A stretch of 64,000 nt of DNA from assembly GCA_964534045.1 (NCBI GenBank), contig CAZHNO010000001.1:1786-65785 (forward strand), in the 5' to 3' direction. How positions within the stretch are numbered: position 1 is the first letter of the stretch; the number at the start of each line of letters is the position of its first letter. The DNA comes from an uncultured archaeon. GTDB lineage: Archaea > Iainarchaeota > Iainarchaeia > Iainarchaeales > JAAZKV01. The position numbers and the translations under genes are program-made. The notes under the pieces were generated by a model. The model was not told where the DNA came from. It saw nothing but the letters and a program-made list of their open reading frames with translations, and did not search any database. Positions 38,827-46,883 of this stretch are shown here, piece by piece.

Positions 38827-39123
38827 CTAAACCTTGACATTTAACAACATTTTTCTCAAAAAGACAACCATTATAACAATAATTCCAACAATAAAACCAA
38901 GATTAACAGCAGTTGCAATTTCATTTACTTGTCCTGTTACATCAATGCACATCCAAGCATCGTGGTATTCTCCACCAACTTTACAAGTCAAACTTTGACC
39001 AAAAATTGCTGACATTACTGCTGAATTAAAAACTAAAATAAAAATAAGAACTACAACAATAACAATCATTGCTAAAAGAACTTTTGGATTCTTTTGCAAA
39101 AACACTAAAAATGGAGCCTGCAT
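38827..39123 (-). CDS. 98-aa two-TM membrane protein with Cys-containing external loop (paralog A)
   Basis: Differs at one residue from 42030..42326. TM - TCKVGGEYHDAWMCIDVTGQ loop - TM. Confidence 0.5.
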   Translation of the reverse strand: MQAPFLVFLQKNPKVLLAMIVIVVVLIFILVFNSAVMSAIFGQSLTCKVGGEYHDAWMCIDVTGQVNEIATAVNLGFIVGIIVIMVVFLRKMLLNVKV

Positions 39124-39140
39124 AACTAAATTTAATTTTA

Positions 39141-39151
39141 AAGTATTTAAA
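39141..39151 (-). promoter_or_regulatory. TATA-like element (TTTAAATACTT on minus strand) about 20 nt upstream of paralog A start
   Basis: Reverse complement of AAGTATTTAAA. Forms a back-to-back divergent promoter pair with the 39176 element. Also present in the copy at 42344-42354. Confidence 0.4.
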
Positions 39152-39175
39152 CCTTTTTAAAACTCTCTGGCACCC

Positions 39176-39190
39176 AAACTTTAAATACTT
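39176..39190 (+). promoter_or_regulatory. BRE/TATA-like element AAACTTTAAATACTT (module copy P3)
   Basis: Matches the archaeal TATA consensus TTTAWATA with an A-rich BRE. The same 15-mer recurs at 38750-38764 (module P2) and 42379-42393, and in degenerate form in modules P1 and P4 (coordinates in the findings). P5 lacks the TATA block. Confidence 0.4.
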
Positions 39191-39359
39191 CCCAGCCACT
39201 ATATACCTAAGAGTAAAAGTTGACGGAAAAGATTGATACACAAGGCGATGAAAACAAATTATCCAATACTCATTCTGCGCAAAAATGTTGTTTTGGTTTT
39301 AACCTAACAAATTAAAAAGAATAAAAACCTTAACTAATCAGAGTTTTATTGGTGGTTTA

Positions 39360-39935
39360 GTGAAAATTAAGTTATGGTTGATTATTTTATTGTTTGCACT
39401 TATATTGTTTGCTTTTGGGTGCACATATTCAGGTGGGGGGAGCACCGACGTTAATAATATAGACGCCAGTAGAATTAACTTTTGTTCTGTAGATAGCGAT
39501 TGTACTTATATTTGGTACACTGGTGGGTGTAATAATCACAAAATTGTCGATATAATTAATGCAGAAAATGAAAAGAAAGGAATTATGATAGCTGCTGTAG
39601 AGCCAATAGATGGCAATGTATCCTGCACTTGCGAACAAGTAAGCGCAGAACTAAAACTTTGTCAAACACATGTTAAAGAGATTGATTCCTGCACAACAGA
39701 TGAAGATTGTATACTTGTTCAAAATGGATGCTGTGGATGCTCAGCTGGTGGCAGCAACACATCGATAAATAAAAAATACATGTTTTTCTGGAATAGAGAA
39801 ATTCTTGGTAGTAAATGCACTTCAGTAATGTGCCCAGCGGTAATGAGTAATGACTATACTTGCCATGGGCAAGTAACACCACATTGCACAGTTGAAAACA
39901 AATGTGTGTTGTCCCCACCACTACTTTATGAATAA
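39360..39935 (+). CDS. Cys-rich secreted lipoprotein
   Basis: GTG start. Signal peptide with FAFGC lipobox and about 24 Cys in 170 aa (CSVDSDC, CCGCSAGG, CPAVMS...C). Confidence 0.45.
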   Translation: MKIKLWLIILLFALILFAFGCTYSGGGSTDVNNIDASRINFCSVDSDCTYIWYTGGCNNHKIVDIINAENEKKGIMIAAVEPIDGNVSCTCEQVSAELKLCQTHVKEIDSCTTDEDCILVQNGCCGCSAGGSNTSINKKYMFFWNREILGSKCTSVMCPAVMSNDYTCHGQVTPHCTVENKCVLSPPLLYE

Positions 39936-40009
39936 TTACTTTGAGCCCTTCAGAAAATTTTTAAATAAACCATCCCCCACAAAACTCTTTTATATCCGCC
40001 CGCTTATTT

Positions 40010-40309
40010 ATGTCTACGGGAGATGATTGGATGAGTAGGAAACAAAAAGCAAGAAATGTTTACCAGCGTTCTTGTAAAGATTGGGAAGCGACTAAGTTTG
40101 CAATTATTGTAGCTTTTGTTTTTGCATTTATTATAACCTTTCCTTTGTATTTTTTTGACATCATTGGAGGACTCACTGCTCTTTTGATAGGAGCACTTAG
40201 CCTTTTGTTTTTTACTGCATTAATATCAATATTATTAATCACTCTTGAGGAAAGTCTTGAAAAAGATTTATTTCCTAAAAAGAAGTTAAAAAAATTTTCC
40301 AAAAAGTAG
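40010..40309 (+). CDS. Small membrane protein
   Basis: 99 aa with two TM helices. Confidence 0.3.
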   Translation: MSTGDDWMSRKQKARNVYQRSCKDWEATKFAIIVAFVFAFIITFPLYFFDIIGGLTALLIGALSLLFFTALISILLITLEESLEKDLFPKKKLKKFSKK

Positions 40310-40324
40310 CTTTTAGCTTATAGA

Positions 40325-40630
40325 CTAATTTCCACGTCTCGCTGTTGTAATAAAAATTTTTCTCATTGCAAAAATTAACACAGAAATAATGCCCCCAATT
40401 AAAACCCAATTAACAATTGTTGCTTCGCCATTCATTTGTCCTGAATTATCAACACACTTCCAACTAGAATTTTCTACTTCTCCATTTCCGCAAGTTAAAT
40501 CCTGCCCAAAAACCATTGATAATAAGGCTGAATTACAAATCATAAACGCTAATAGTAAGACAACCACTGCAACAAATACCAAAACTATTTTCCAATCTCT
40601 ACGAAGAAACTCTAAAAATGACAATCCCAT
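40325..40630 (-). CDS. 101-aa two-TM Cys-loop membrane protein (diverged paralog B)
   Basis: Same architecture as paralog A and about 45% identical (CNSALLSMVFGQDLTCGNGE...WKCVDNSGQMNGEATIVN). Confidence 0.5.
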   Translation of the reverse strand: MGLSFLEFLRRDWKIVLVFVAVVVLLLAFMICNSALLSMVFGQDLTCGNGEVENSSWKCVDNSGQMNGEATIVNWVLIGGIISVLIFAMRKIFITTARRGN

Positions 40631-40731
40631 TAATTAAATTTAATTTTTTAGTATTTAAACCTTTTTAAAACTCTCTTGCCCCCAAACTTTATATACAACC
40701 CCTCACTTGTCTGGAGATTGTTGAATACAAT

Positions 40732-41928
40732 TTAATTATCTAGTAGTCCGCCCCACTCAACAACAGTGAATCCTTTTCTTTCAAATGGTGTGATTTGTGG
40801 TTCTTCAATTTGAATTGGTTTATCAAGTGGTTTAAAATAAAATATTAATCGTAAAATTGAATCTGGTTTTGGGTTTATGTTCAAACTTAAATTCTTTTCC
40901 AAAAAGTCGTTTGAAAATAATTTAATTTCATAATATTTAGAATCATTTAAGTGTTCAAGCCAGTATTCTTTAAAATCATTAATTTCTTTTGTATTCATTC
41001 CCATTTCTTTTAATTTTATATCAAACCATTCTGGCAAATTGTCTTTCTTAACTATCCATCCCTTGTTTGATAAATTATAATTGTTAGTAAACAATTTCAT
41101 TTCATAAAATAAGTAATCATACTTGTTGTCAATAAGACCATTCTTTTCAACAAAAACATTCCACCCATTGTTATATGCTGGAATTGTTTGTGTGAACACT
41201 CCATTTAAACCTAAGTTAACTTGCACTTGAGTATCAGTTTCAGGATATAGATAAATTGCTGGTTTAGCAATAACTGGCATAGTAACAAATCCTAAAAATA
41301 AAAAAGCTAATACAAGTAAAACAACCAGAATTAATGCGGTTTTAGATTTTCCTTTTTTGGATAATTTGATAAACCCAAATAGAAGCAATCCAATAAAGAC
41401 AATTAGTCCAATCACCATTAAATCAGCAATTTGTGTAAATCCAACGGAAGGTCCCACATAAGGCATATTTCCTCTTTCAAATATAATTACACAACATGGT
41501 TCAAATCCACACCAGTCAGTTGGCTCATATTCCATAACTATACTTTTATTATCAATTACTTGCGATAGTTCCTCTCCTGTTTGTTCACACATTATTTGTG
41601 CCTTTACAGCAATACTTGTACTTATATTATTTTTAATAAAAAAACTGTCTTCATTTATACCAGTTTTTAACATTTCATTATTGTAAAAATCACCAGCATA
41701 AAAAATAATTGACCTTGAATCAAAACCAATGTTTTCAAAATAAGAACTTTGTATTACATCTCCTGGTTCAAGAATAAAAATTGGGGTTTTAGTATAACCC
41801 CCACCCCGAACAGCAGATAATGAATTGGAAAGAGTACTTCTAACAACATCTCCTGTCGGGGATAATACGCCAAAAACACCAGAAAATAAAAGTACAAATA
41901 TTATACTGATAATAAATAATTTTTTCAT
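40732..41928 (-). CDS. Secreted protein with central TM anchor, unknown function
   Basis: 398 aa: signal peptide, an about 140-aa domain, two TM helices, then an about 200-aa C-terminal domain. Confidence 0.4.
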   Translation of the reverse strand: MKKLFIISIIFVLLFSGVFGVLSPTGDVVRSTLSNSLSAVRGGGYTKTPIFILEPGDVIQSSYFENIGFDSRSIIFYAGDFYNNEMLKTGINEDSFFIKNNISTSIAVKAQIMCEQTGEELSQVIDNKSIVMEYEPTDWCGFEPCCVIIFERGNMPYVGPSVGFTQIADLMVIGLIVFIGLLLFGFIKLSKKGKSKTALILVVLLVLAFLFLGFVTMPVIAKPAIYLYPETDTQVQVNLGLNGVFTQTIPAYNNGWNVFVEKNGLIDNKYDYLFYEMKLFTNNYNLSNKGWIVKKDNLPEWFDIKLKEMGMNTKEINDFKEYWLEHLNDSKYYEIKLFSNDFLEKNLSLNINPKPDSILRLIFYFKPLDKPIQIEEPQITPFERKGFTVVEWGGLLDN

Positions 41929-42029
41929 AAAGCTATCAAATTAGAGGTTTTTTCTTTAAAAATATATCTAAGGGACATGATTGACTACAAATAATGATTC
42001 CGAAGCTGATTCTAAAAAAATTAATATGC

Positions 42030-42326
42030 CTAAACCTTGGCATTTAGCAACATTTTTCTCAAAAAGACAACCATTATAACAATAATTCCAACAATAAAAC
42101 CAAGATTAACAGCAGTTGCAATTTCATTTACTTGTCCTGTTACATCAATGCACATCCAAGCATCGTGGTATTCTCCACCAACTTTACAAGTCAAACTTTG
42201 ACCAAAAATTGCTGACATTACTGCTGAATTAAAAACTAAAATAAAAATAAGAACTACAACAATAACAATCATTGCTAAAAGAACTTTTGGATTCTTTTGC
42301 AAAAACACTAAAAATGGAGCCTGCAT
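42030..42326 (-). CDS. 98-aa two-TM Cys-loop membrane protein (paralog C)
   Basis: Near-identical copy of 38827..39123, inside the 424-bp direct repeat. Confidence 0.5.
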   Translation of the reverse strand: MQAPFLVFLQKNPKVLLAMIVIVVVLIFILVFNSAVMSAIFGQSLTCKVGGEYHDAWMCIDVTGQVNEIATAVNLGFIVGIIVIMVVFLRKMLLNAKV

Positions 42327-42378
42327 AACTAAATTTAATTTTAAAGTATTTAAACCTTTTTAAAACTCTCTGGCACCC

Positions 42379-42393
42379 AAACTTTAAATACTT
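42379..42393 (+). promoter_or_regulatory. BRE/TATA-like element AAACTTTAAATACTT about 27 nt upstream of the oxidoreductase TTG start
   Basis: Spacing is consistent with a leaderless or short-leader archaeal transcript. Confidence 0.45.
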
Positions 42394-42419
42394 CACAGAT
42401 ACTATATACCTAAGGGAGT

Positions 42420-43808
42420 TTGTTGACGAAAACTACTGAAAATAAAACTAATTCTGAAAAAGATAATAACTCTAAATACGATGTCTTGATTATTGGCGCA
42501 GGCCCAGCAGGCATATTCGCAGCTTATGAACTAGCAAAATCTTCTAAGAAAAGAGTTTTAGTAATAGAGAAAGGAAACCTAATAGAAAATAGACAAAAGT
42601 GTGAAGTGATGACGGGTTTTGGTGGAGCGGGAACTTTTTCTGATGGAAAGTTGCATTTTACTCCTGTTCTTTCTCATGAAAAGATGTTTCATCTATACGG
42701 CAAGGAAGAGTATCAGAATTTGATTGATTATGTGGAAAAAATTTTGTTGGATTTTGGTGTTCCTCCGGAGTATTATCCCAAGGATAATGATAAGGTTAAT
42801 GATTTAGTGGAAGAGGCAAAAAAACATAATATTAAGTTGTATGTGAGAAAAACAATTCATGTTGGCAGTGATAGGTTACCAAAAATAATGAAAAATTTTC
42901 AAAACTATTTATTAGAAAATAATATTGAAATTTTGCCTAAAACAGAGGTAAAGGATTTGGTAATAAATAATAACAAAATTGAAGGAGTGTTGTTAGCAAA
43001 TAACGAAATTATTAGAGCAGAGAAAGTAATTTGTGCTCCAGGAAGATATAATGCTAAGTGGATGCAAACTATTGCAGAGAAACATGGTTTGGGAGAAGTT
43101 TTTGAAAAAGTAGAGGTTGGAGTAAGAGTAGAGTTTCCTTCTGAAGTATTGAAAAAACACGCTGAAGAAATGTATGAAACAATTTTTTCTATGTATACGC
43201 CTACATATGATGATGTGATTAGAACTTTTTGTCCTTGTCCAAATGGGCATGTGGCAATAGAAAAATATGATGATTTTGTTTGTGTTAATGGACACTCAAA
43301 TCACTTCCATGATTCTAATAATAGTAATTTTGCTTTTGTTACAGAAATTACTTTAACAGAGCCTTTGGAAAGCACTAGAGCTTATGCTACTTTTTTAGCA
43401 CAAGGAGTAACTTTGTTAGGTTCAGGAAAACCTATTGTTCAAAGGTTAAAGGATTTGAAAAAAGGAAGGAGAAGCACGAAGGAAAGGATTGAAAGAGCAC
43501 ATATTTTGCCGAGCTTAAAAGAAGCTGTGCCGGGAGATATAGGGATGAGCATGCCTTATAGGGTTGTAAAAAATATTATTGAAGGAATTGAAATGTTGGA
43601 TAAGATTTTACCTGGTTTAAACGCAGATTCAACATTTTTGTATGCTCCAGAGGTTAAATTTCGTTCAAATAAAATCAAAACAAATAAACACTTAGAAACT
43701 GATATAAAAAATCTTTATGTTGCTGGAGATGGTGCAGGAGTTGCAGGGAATATTGTTGGGGCTGCAATTACTGGGGTAATTGCTGCGAGAGGGATTATTG
43801 ACAATTGA
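42420..43808 (+). CDS. FAD-dependent oxidoreductase (COG2509-like uncharacterised dehydrogenase)
   Basis: TTG start. The DVLIIGAGPAGIFAA dinucleotide-binding motif follows a 20-aa N-terminal leader. C-terminal GDGAG...GNIVGAAITG FAD motif; 462 aa. Confidence 0.65.
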   Translation: MLTKTTENKTNSEKDNNSKYDVLIIGAGPAGIFAAYELAKSSKKRVLVIEKGNLIENRQKCEVMTGFGGAGTFSDGKLHFTPVLSHEKMFHLYGKEEYQNLIDYVEKILLDFGVPPEYYPKDNDKVNDLVEEAKKHNIKLYVRKTIHVGSDRLPKIMKNFQNYLLENNIEILPKTEVKDLVINNNKIEGVLLANNEIIRAEKVICAPGRYNAKWMQTIAEKHGLGEVFEKVEVGVRVEFPSEVLKKHAEEMYETIFSMYTPTYDDVIRTFCPCPNGHVAIEKYDDFVCVNGHSNHFHDSNNSNFAFVTEITLTEPLESTRAYATFLAQGVTLLGSGKPIVQRLKDLKKGRRSTKERIERAHILPSLKEAVPGDIGMSMPYRVVKNIIEGIEMLDKILPGLNADSTFLYAPEVKFRSNKIKTNKHLETDIKNLYVAGDGAGVAGNIVGAAITGVIAARGIIDN

Positions 43809-43822
43809 CGAACTCTTGCTTA
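43803..43822. repeat. 20-bp direct repeat AATTGACGAACTCTTGCTTA (left copy)
   Basis: Exact copy at 44749..44768. The left copy overlaps the oxidoreductase stop codon. Confidence 0.8.
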
Positions 43823-43854
43823 GTTTTTTAAATCTCACAAAATGAAATTTTCTT

Positions 43855-44460
43855 ATGTTTTTTCATAAGAAAGATAGTTTTTTAAAAACAATAATGCTTA
43901 TCTTGTCTAATAACCACCCTACCATTGCAACAGCAACGGTAGGATTATCTAATAAAATTTTTATTTTCATTGATGGAAGTAATTTTTATCATTCTTTAGT
44001 CAGTAGTTTTGGGACTGCAAAGATTGATTTAGAACTATTTTGCAAAACAATTTCTCAAAGTGGAGAATTAATACGAATAAATTATTACACTTCCCCCGTG
44101 TCAAGATTTGACAATTCTGAAGCTTATAAGTCACAACAAAAGTTTTTTGAAAAAATTAAAGAGATTAAGCTTTTGAATCTTTTTCTTGGAAGATTAGAAA
44201 AACATGGAAATGCAAGAATTGAAAAGGGAGTGGATGTAAAAATAGCAACAGATTTAATTTCTGGTGCATACAATAACAAATTTGATGTTGCAATTATTGT
44301 TTCAAATGATTCTGATTTTGTGCCAGCAATAGAAGAGGTGCAAAACATTGGGAAACAAGTTTGGAACATTAATATTCAAAAGAGAAAATCTTACCATTTA
44401 AACAAGATTTGTGATAAAACAATTACAATAAATAGTATTGAAAAGTTTTTGATAAAATAG
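43855..44460 (+). CDS. NYN/LabA-like (PIN-like) domain protein
   Basis: IFIFIDGSNFYHSL ... VDVKIATDLISGAYNNKFDVAIIVSNDSDFVPAIEE match the NYN-domain acidic motifs. Confidence 0.6.
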   Translation: MFFHKKDSFLKTIMLILSNNHPTIATATVGLSNKIFIFIDGSNFYHSLVSSFGTAKIDLELFCKTISQSGELIRINYYTSPVSRFDNSEAYKSQQKFFEKIKEIKLLNLFLGRLEKHGNARIEKGVDVKIATDLISGAYNNKFDVAIIVSNDSDFVPAIEEVQNIGKQVWNINIQKRKSYHLNKICDKTITINSIEKFLIK

Positions 44461-44461
44461 T

Positions 44462-44710
44462 TTACTTTAACAAATCATTGATTTCTCTTAAGTCAATTGG
44501 TTTTTTTGACAATTCTCTCCTTACATTTCTTATTTGAGAAACAGAATTTTTTTTATCTACAATCAAACCTAAATATTCATCAAATAATAAACCACGCAAG
44601 GATTGCCTTATTGCATCTGAACGATTTAGGTAAGAACCATTATTAACTAAAGTATCAATTTGTTTTACAAGTTTTTTTGGAAGTCTCGCTTGAACAATAG
44701 TGGTTTCCAT
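44462..44710 (-). CDS. Ribbon-helix-helix (CopG/Arc-like) DNA-binding protein
   Basis: N-terminal TIVQARLPKKLVKQIDTLV...YLNRSDAIRQSLRGLL is a beta-strand-helix-helix pattern. Confidence 0.5.
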   Translation of the reverse strand: METTIVQARLPKKLVKQIDTLVNNGSYLNRSDAIRQSLRGLLFDEYLGLIVDKKNSVSQIRNVRRELSKKPIDLREINDLLK

Positions 44711-44748
44711 ATGTATTACTATTGTATGACAAAGTATTTAAGCATTAA

Positions 44749-44768
44749 CCTTATCATAAATTGACGAA
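44749..44768. repeat. 20-bp direct repeat AATTGACGAACTCTTGCTTA (right copy)
   Basis: Exact copy of 43803..43822. Confidence 0.8.
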
Positions 44769-44854
44769 CTCTTGCTTAAATTTAAAAACTCAAAGAAATT
44801 AATTTCTAAATGAAATTAGAAAGACTTATATTCTATAGTGTTCTATATCTTACT

Positions 44855-45070
44855 ATGGCTACAACGATACAAGTTAGTGCAGAACTAAAAAATCAATTGG
44901 AAAAGAGGAAAATGCGTTCTGAATCTTATGAAGATGTTATTTGGGATTTGTTAGAGGACACTATGGAATTAAGTGAAGAAACTAAAAGAAAAATTAAAAT
45001 TGCTGAAAAACAAATTGCTAGAGGCGAAGTTTATACCCTTGAAGAAGTCAAAAAAGAGTTGGGGTTATAA
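44855..45070 (+). CDS. RelB/DinJ-like antitoxin
   Basis: 71 aa (MATTIQVSAELKNQLEKRK...) immediately upstream of, and abutting, the RelE-like toxin. Internal ATG preferred over the ORF-track start at 44810. Confidence 0.5.
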   Translation: MATTIQVSAELKNQLEKRKMRSESYEDVIWDLLEDTMELSEETKRKIKIAEKQIARGEVYTLEEVKKELGL

Positions 45071-45325
45071 ATGTATGAAGTAACTTTATCTAAAGATGCT
45101 AAAAAATCCCTAAACAAACTTAACAAAATAGATAGTGAACGAATTATTTCGGTTTTAGAGCGGATTAGAATACGCCCACATGTTTTTGTAAAAAAACTTG
45201 TTGGAGTGAAGTATTTCTCAGCAAGAGCTGGAAAATATAGAATTATTTTAGACATTCAAGAAAATAAACTAATTATTTTTGTTATTGAAATTGGACATAG
45301 AAAAAATATTTACAAAACTTTGTAA
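45071..45325 (+). CDS. relE: RelE/ParE-family type II toxin
   Basis: KYRIILDIQENKLIIFVIEIGHRKNIY is a classic RelE/ParE C-terminal signature; 84 aa. Confidence 0.8.
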   Translation: MYEVTLSKDAKKSLNKLNKIDSERIISVLERIRIRPHVFVKKLVGVKYFSARAGKYRIILDIQENKLIIFVIEIGHRKNIYKTL

Positions 45326-45340
45326 AAATAAAATAAGCCC

Positions 45341-45862
45341 TTAATTAAAAGCACAATACAAATGCCAAAAAATGATTGCAAATACTGAAAACTTTTGAAG
45401 AACAGGGATTTGTAATAAAATATAAGCTAATATTATTAGCAAAGCAATTACTGAGATAATTATTTTCTTATTAGTAATTTTTTTATCCACAATTTTCTTG
45501 TTTTTTGATTTTAACAAATCAATTATTATTAAAATAAAAGAAAATACAAAAAATATCCCAGCAGAAATATAATGCTCAAAAGAAAAGGTTAATGGAAAGA
45601 AACCAACTAAAAACAAGCCAATTGATGAAATTAATGAAATAAAAAGAATTTTCTTATCTTTGAAAGAAAAGAAAAAATAAATTGCTAAGAAAATTGCTGT
45701 GAGCATTAATCCATAATTAAAAAAAATTGCTCCATTCCCAACTCCTAAATCACTAAAATTTTGTTCAAAAAATTTGTAACCTTCATAAGAATAAATAGAA
45801 ATTGTTGTTGTTAAAATAAATAAAATGAATGCTAAAATTCCAAATATTTTTTTTAATTCCAT
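45341..45862 (-). CDS. Polytopic membrane protein
   Basis: 173 aa with 5 TM helices. Confidence 0.4.
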   Translation of the reverse strand: MELKKIFGILAFILFILTTTISIYSYEGYKFFEQNFSDLGVGNGAIFFNYGLMLTAIFLAIYFFFSFKDKKILFISLISSIGLFLVGFFPLTFSFEHYISAGIFFVFSFILIIIDLLKSKNKKIVDKKITNKKIIISVIALLIILAYILLQIPVLQKFSVFAIIFWHLYCAFN

Positions 45863-45951
45863 ACACTTAATAAGTTTTTAGAGAATAAAAAAGAATTTGT
45901 TTTAATAAAAAAGCAATTTTTTAGTTTTTGAGTAATAAAAAAGAATTTGTT

Positions 45952-46326
45952 TTAGTAAAAAGCTAATTTTAGTGTGAAGTTTTGTGTTGCTCTTCCTTTT
46001 ACTAATGTTCCCATAACAGGGTTTTTTTCATTAGTACATATTTTTAGTGTTCCGTGCAAATCATTACAAGCTAAAATAAATTGTCCTGAAACTGAACGAA
46101 TTTCTTTTTCAACAAAATCAGCTTTTCTATAAGAGTTTCCTGAAAAATAATTAATTGTAATATCCCTAATTTTTCCATTACATTCTTCTACTAAAACTTT
46201 GTTCAATTTGTTTTCTATCATTGCTGATTTTAAGCAATCATAAATAGAATCATTTTCATCAAAAATAAGTGTTAATTGTTTTTTTCTAATCGGTTCTTTA
46301 ATTATAACAGCATCAAGGGAAGGCAT
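45952..46326 (-). CDS. Hypothetical protein
   Basis: 124 aa. Weak resemblance to the PPC/DUF296 fold (…VSGQFILACNDLHGTLKI…MGTLVKG). Not confident. Confidence 0.25.
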   Translation of the reverse strand: MPSLDAVIIKEPIRKKQLTLIFDENDSIYDCLKSAMIENKLNKVLVEECNGKIRDITINYFSGNSYRKADFVEKEIRSVSGQFILACNDLHGTLKICTNEKNPVMGTLVKGRATQNFTLKLAFY

Positions 46327-46424
46327 ACCTTATGGTAAAGATGATTAGCTTAAAAAGCATGATGTAAAATTTATAAAAAAAATAAAAAAATAACTTTTAA
46401 TTAAGAATTAACCCAAATTTTACT

Positions 46425-46853
46425 ATGAGATTATGGTCATTACACCCAAAATACCTTGATCATAAGGGCTTGGTTGCTGTTTGGAGAGAAGCTTTGCTGG
46501 CAAAGAAGGTTTTACAAGGAAAAACAAAAGGATATACAAAACATCCACAATTAGAAAGGTTTAGAGCTTATAGTGAGCCATTAAAGGCAATTGACACTTA
46601 TTTATATTATATTTATTTAGAAGCTTGTGAAAGAGATTATAATTTTGATAAAAAGAAGTGCAAAAATCACAATTTAAAAAAAGTGATTAGGGTTAATAGC
46701 GAACAGATAGAATATGAATTTAATCACTTAAATAAAAAGCTTCAGATTAGAGATATAAAAAAATTTAAGGAATTAAAAGAAATGAAAAAGATTGAAGTGA
46801 ATCCAATTTTCAAAATTACTAAAGGAAAAGTTGAAAGTTGGGAGAAAAAGTAG
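46425..46853 (+). CDS. Pyrimidine-dimer DNA glycosylase-like protein (T4 endonuclease V / Pyr_excise family, tentative)
   Basis: N-terminus MRLWSLHPKYLDHKGLVAVWREALLAKKVL resembles the conserved N-terminal block of prokaryotic endoV-family homologs. 142 aa. Confidence 0.4.
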   Translation: MRLWSLHPKYLDHKGLVAVWREALLAKKVLQGKTKGYTKHPQLERFRAYSEPLKAIDTYLYYIYLEACERDYNFDKKKCKNHNLKKVIRVNSEQIEYEFNHLNKKLQIRDIKKFKELKEMKKIEVNPIFKITKGKVESWEKK

Positions 46854-46883
46854 CTTTATTAATTTTAAAATAGTTGTTATTTT

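Larger units (their letters stand above)
38803..39226. repeat. 424-bp direct repeat copy 1 (contains paralog A gene plus divergent promoter pair)
   Basis: Essentially identical to 42006..42428, with only a handful of mismatches concentrated at the right end. Confidence 0.85.
42006..42428. repeat. 424-bp direct repeat copy 2 (contains paralog C gene plus promoter and start of oxidoreductase)
   Basis: Same as above. The two copies are separated by about 2.8 kb. Confidence 0.85.
43823..44748. mobile_element. Possible small inserted cassette (NYN-domain gene plus RHH gene) bounded by 20-bp direct repeats
   Basis: Non-low-complexity 20-mer duplicated exactly 946 bp apart at a gene end. No integrase or transposase is present, so mobility is speculative. 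Confidence 0.25.

Noticed and set aside
37990-42430. Considered whether the repeated approximately 60-100-bp modules are a CRISPR array or MITEs
   Set aside because: Repeat copies are not regularly spaced and not separated by unique spacers of uniform size. They lack terminal inverted repeats and contain a recognisable TATA box plus the first codons of a gene. They are better explained as segmental duplications of a promoter/5'-end. No CRISPR-like array was seen anywhere in the window.
27500-46500. Looked for integrase, transposase or tRNA-adjacent attachment sites to define the accessory island as an integrated element
   Set aside because: No tyrosine or serine recombinase or transposase motifs were recognised in any frame. 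The only tRNA (59477-59559) is 13 kb beyond the island and has no direct repeat of its 3' end nearby. The island is therefore called 'accessory/defense-like' only on gene content.
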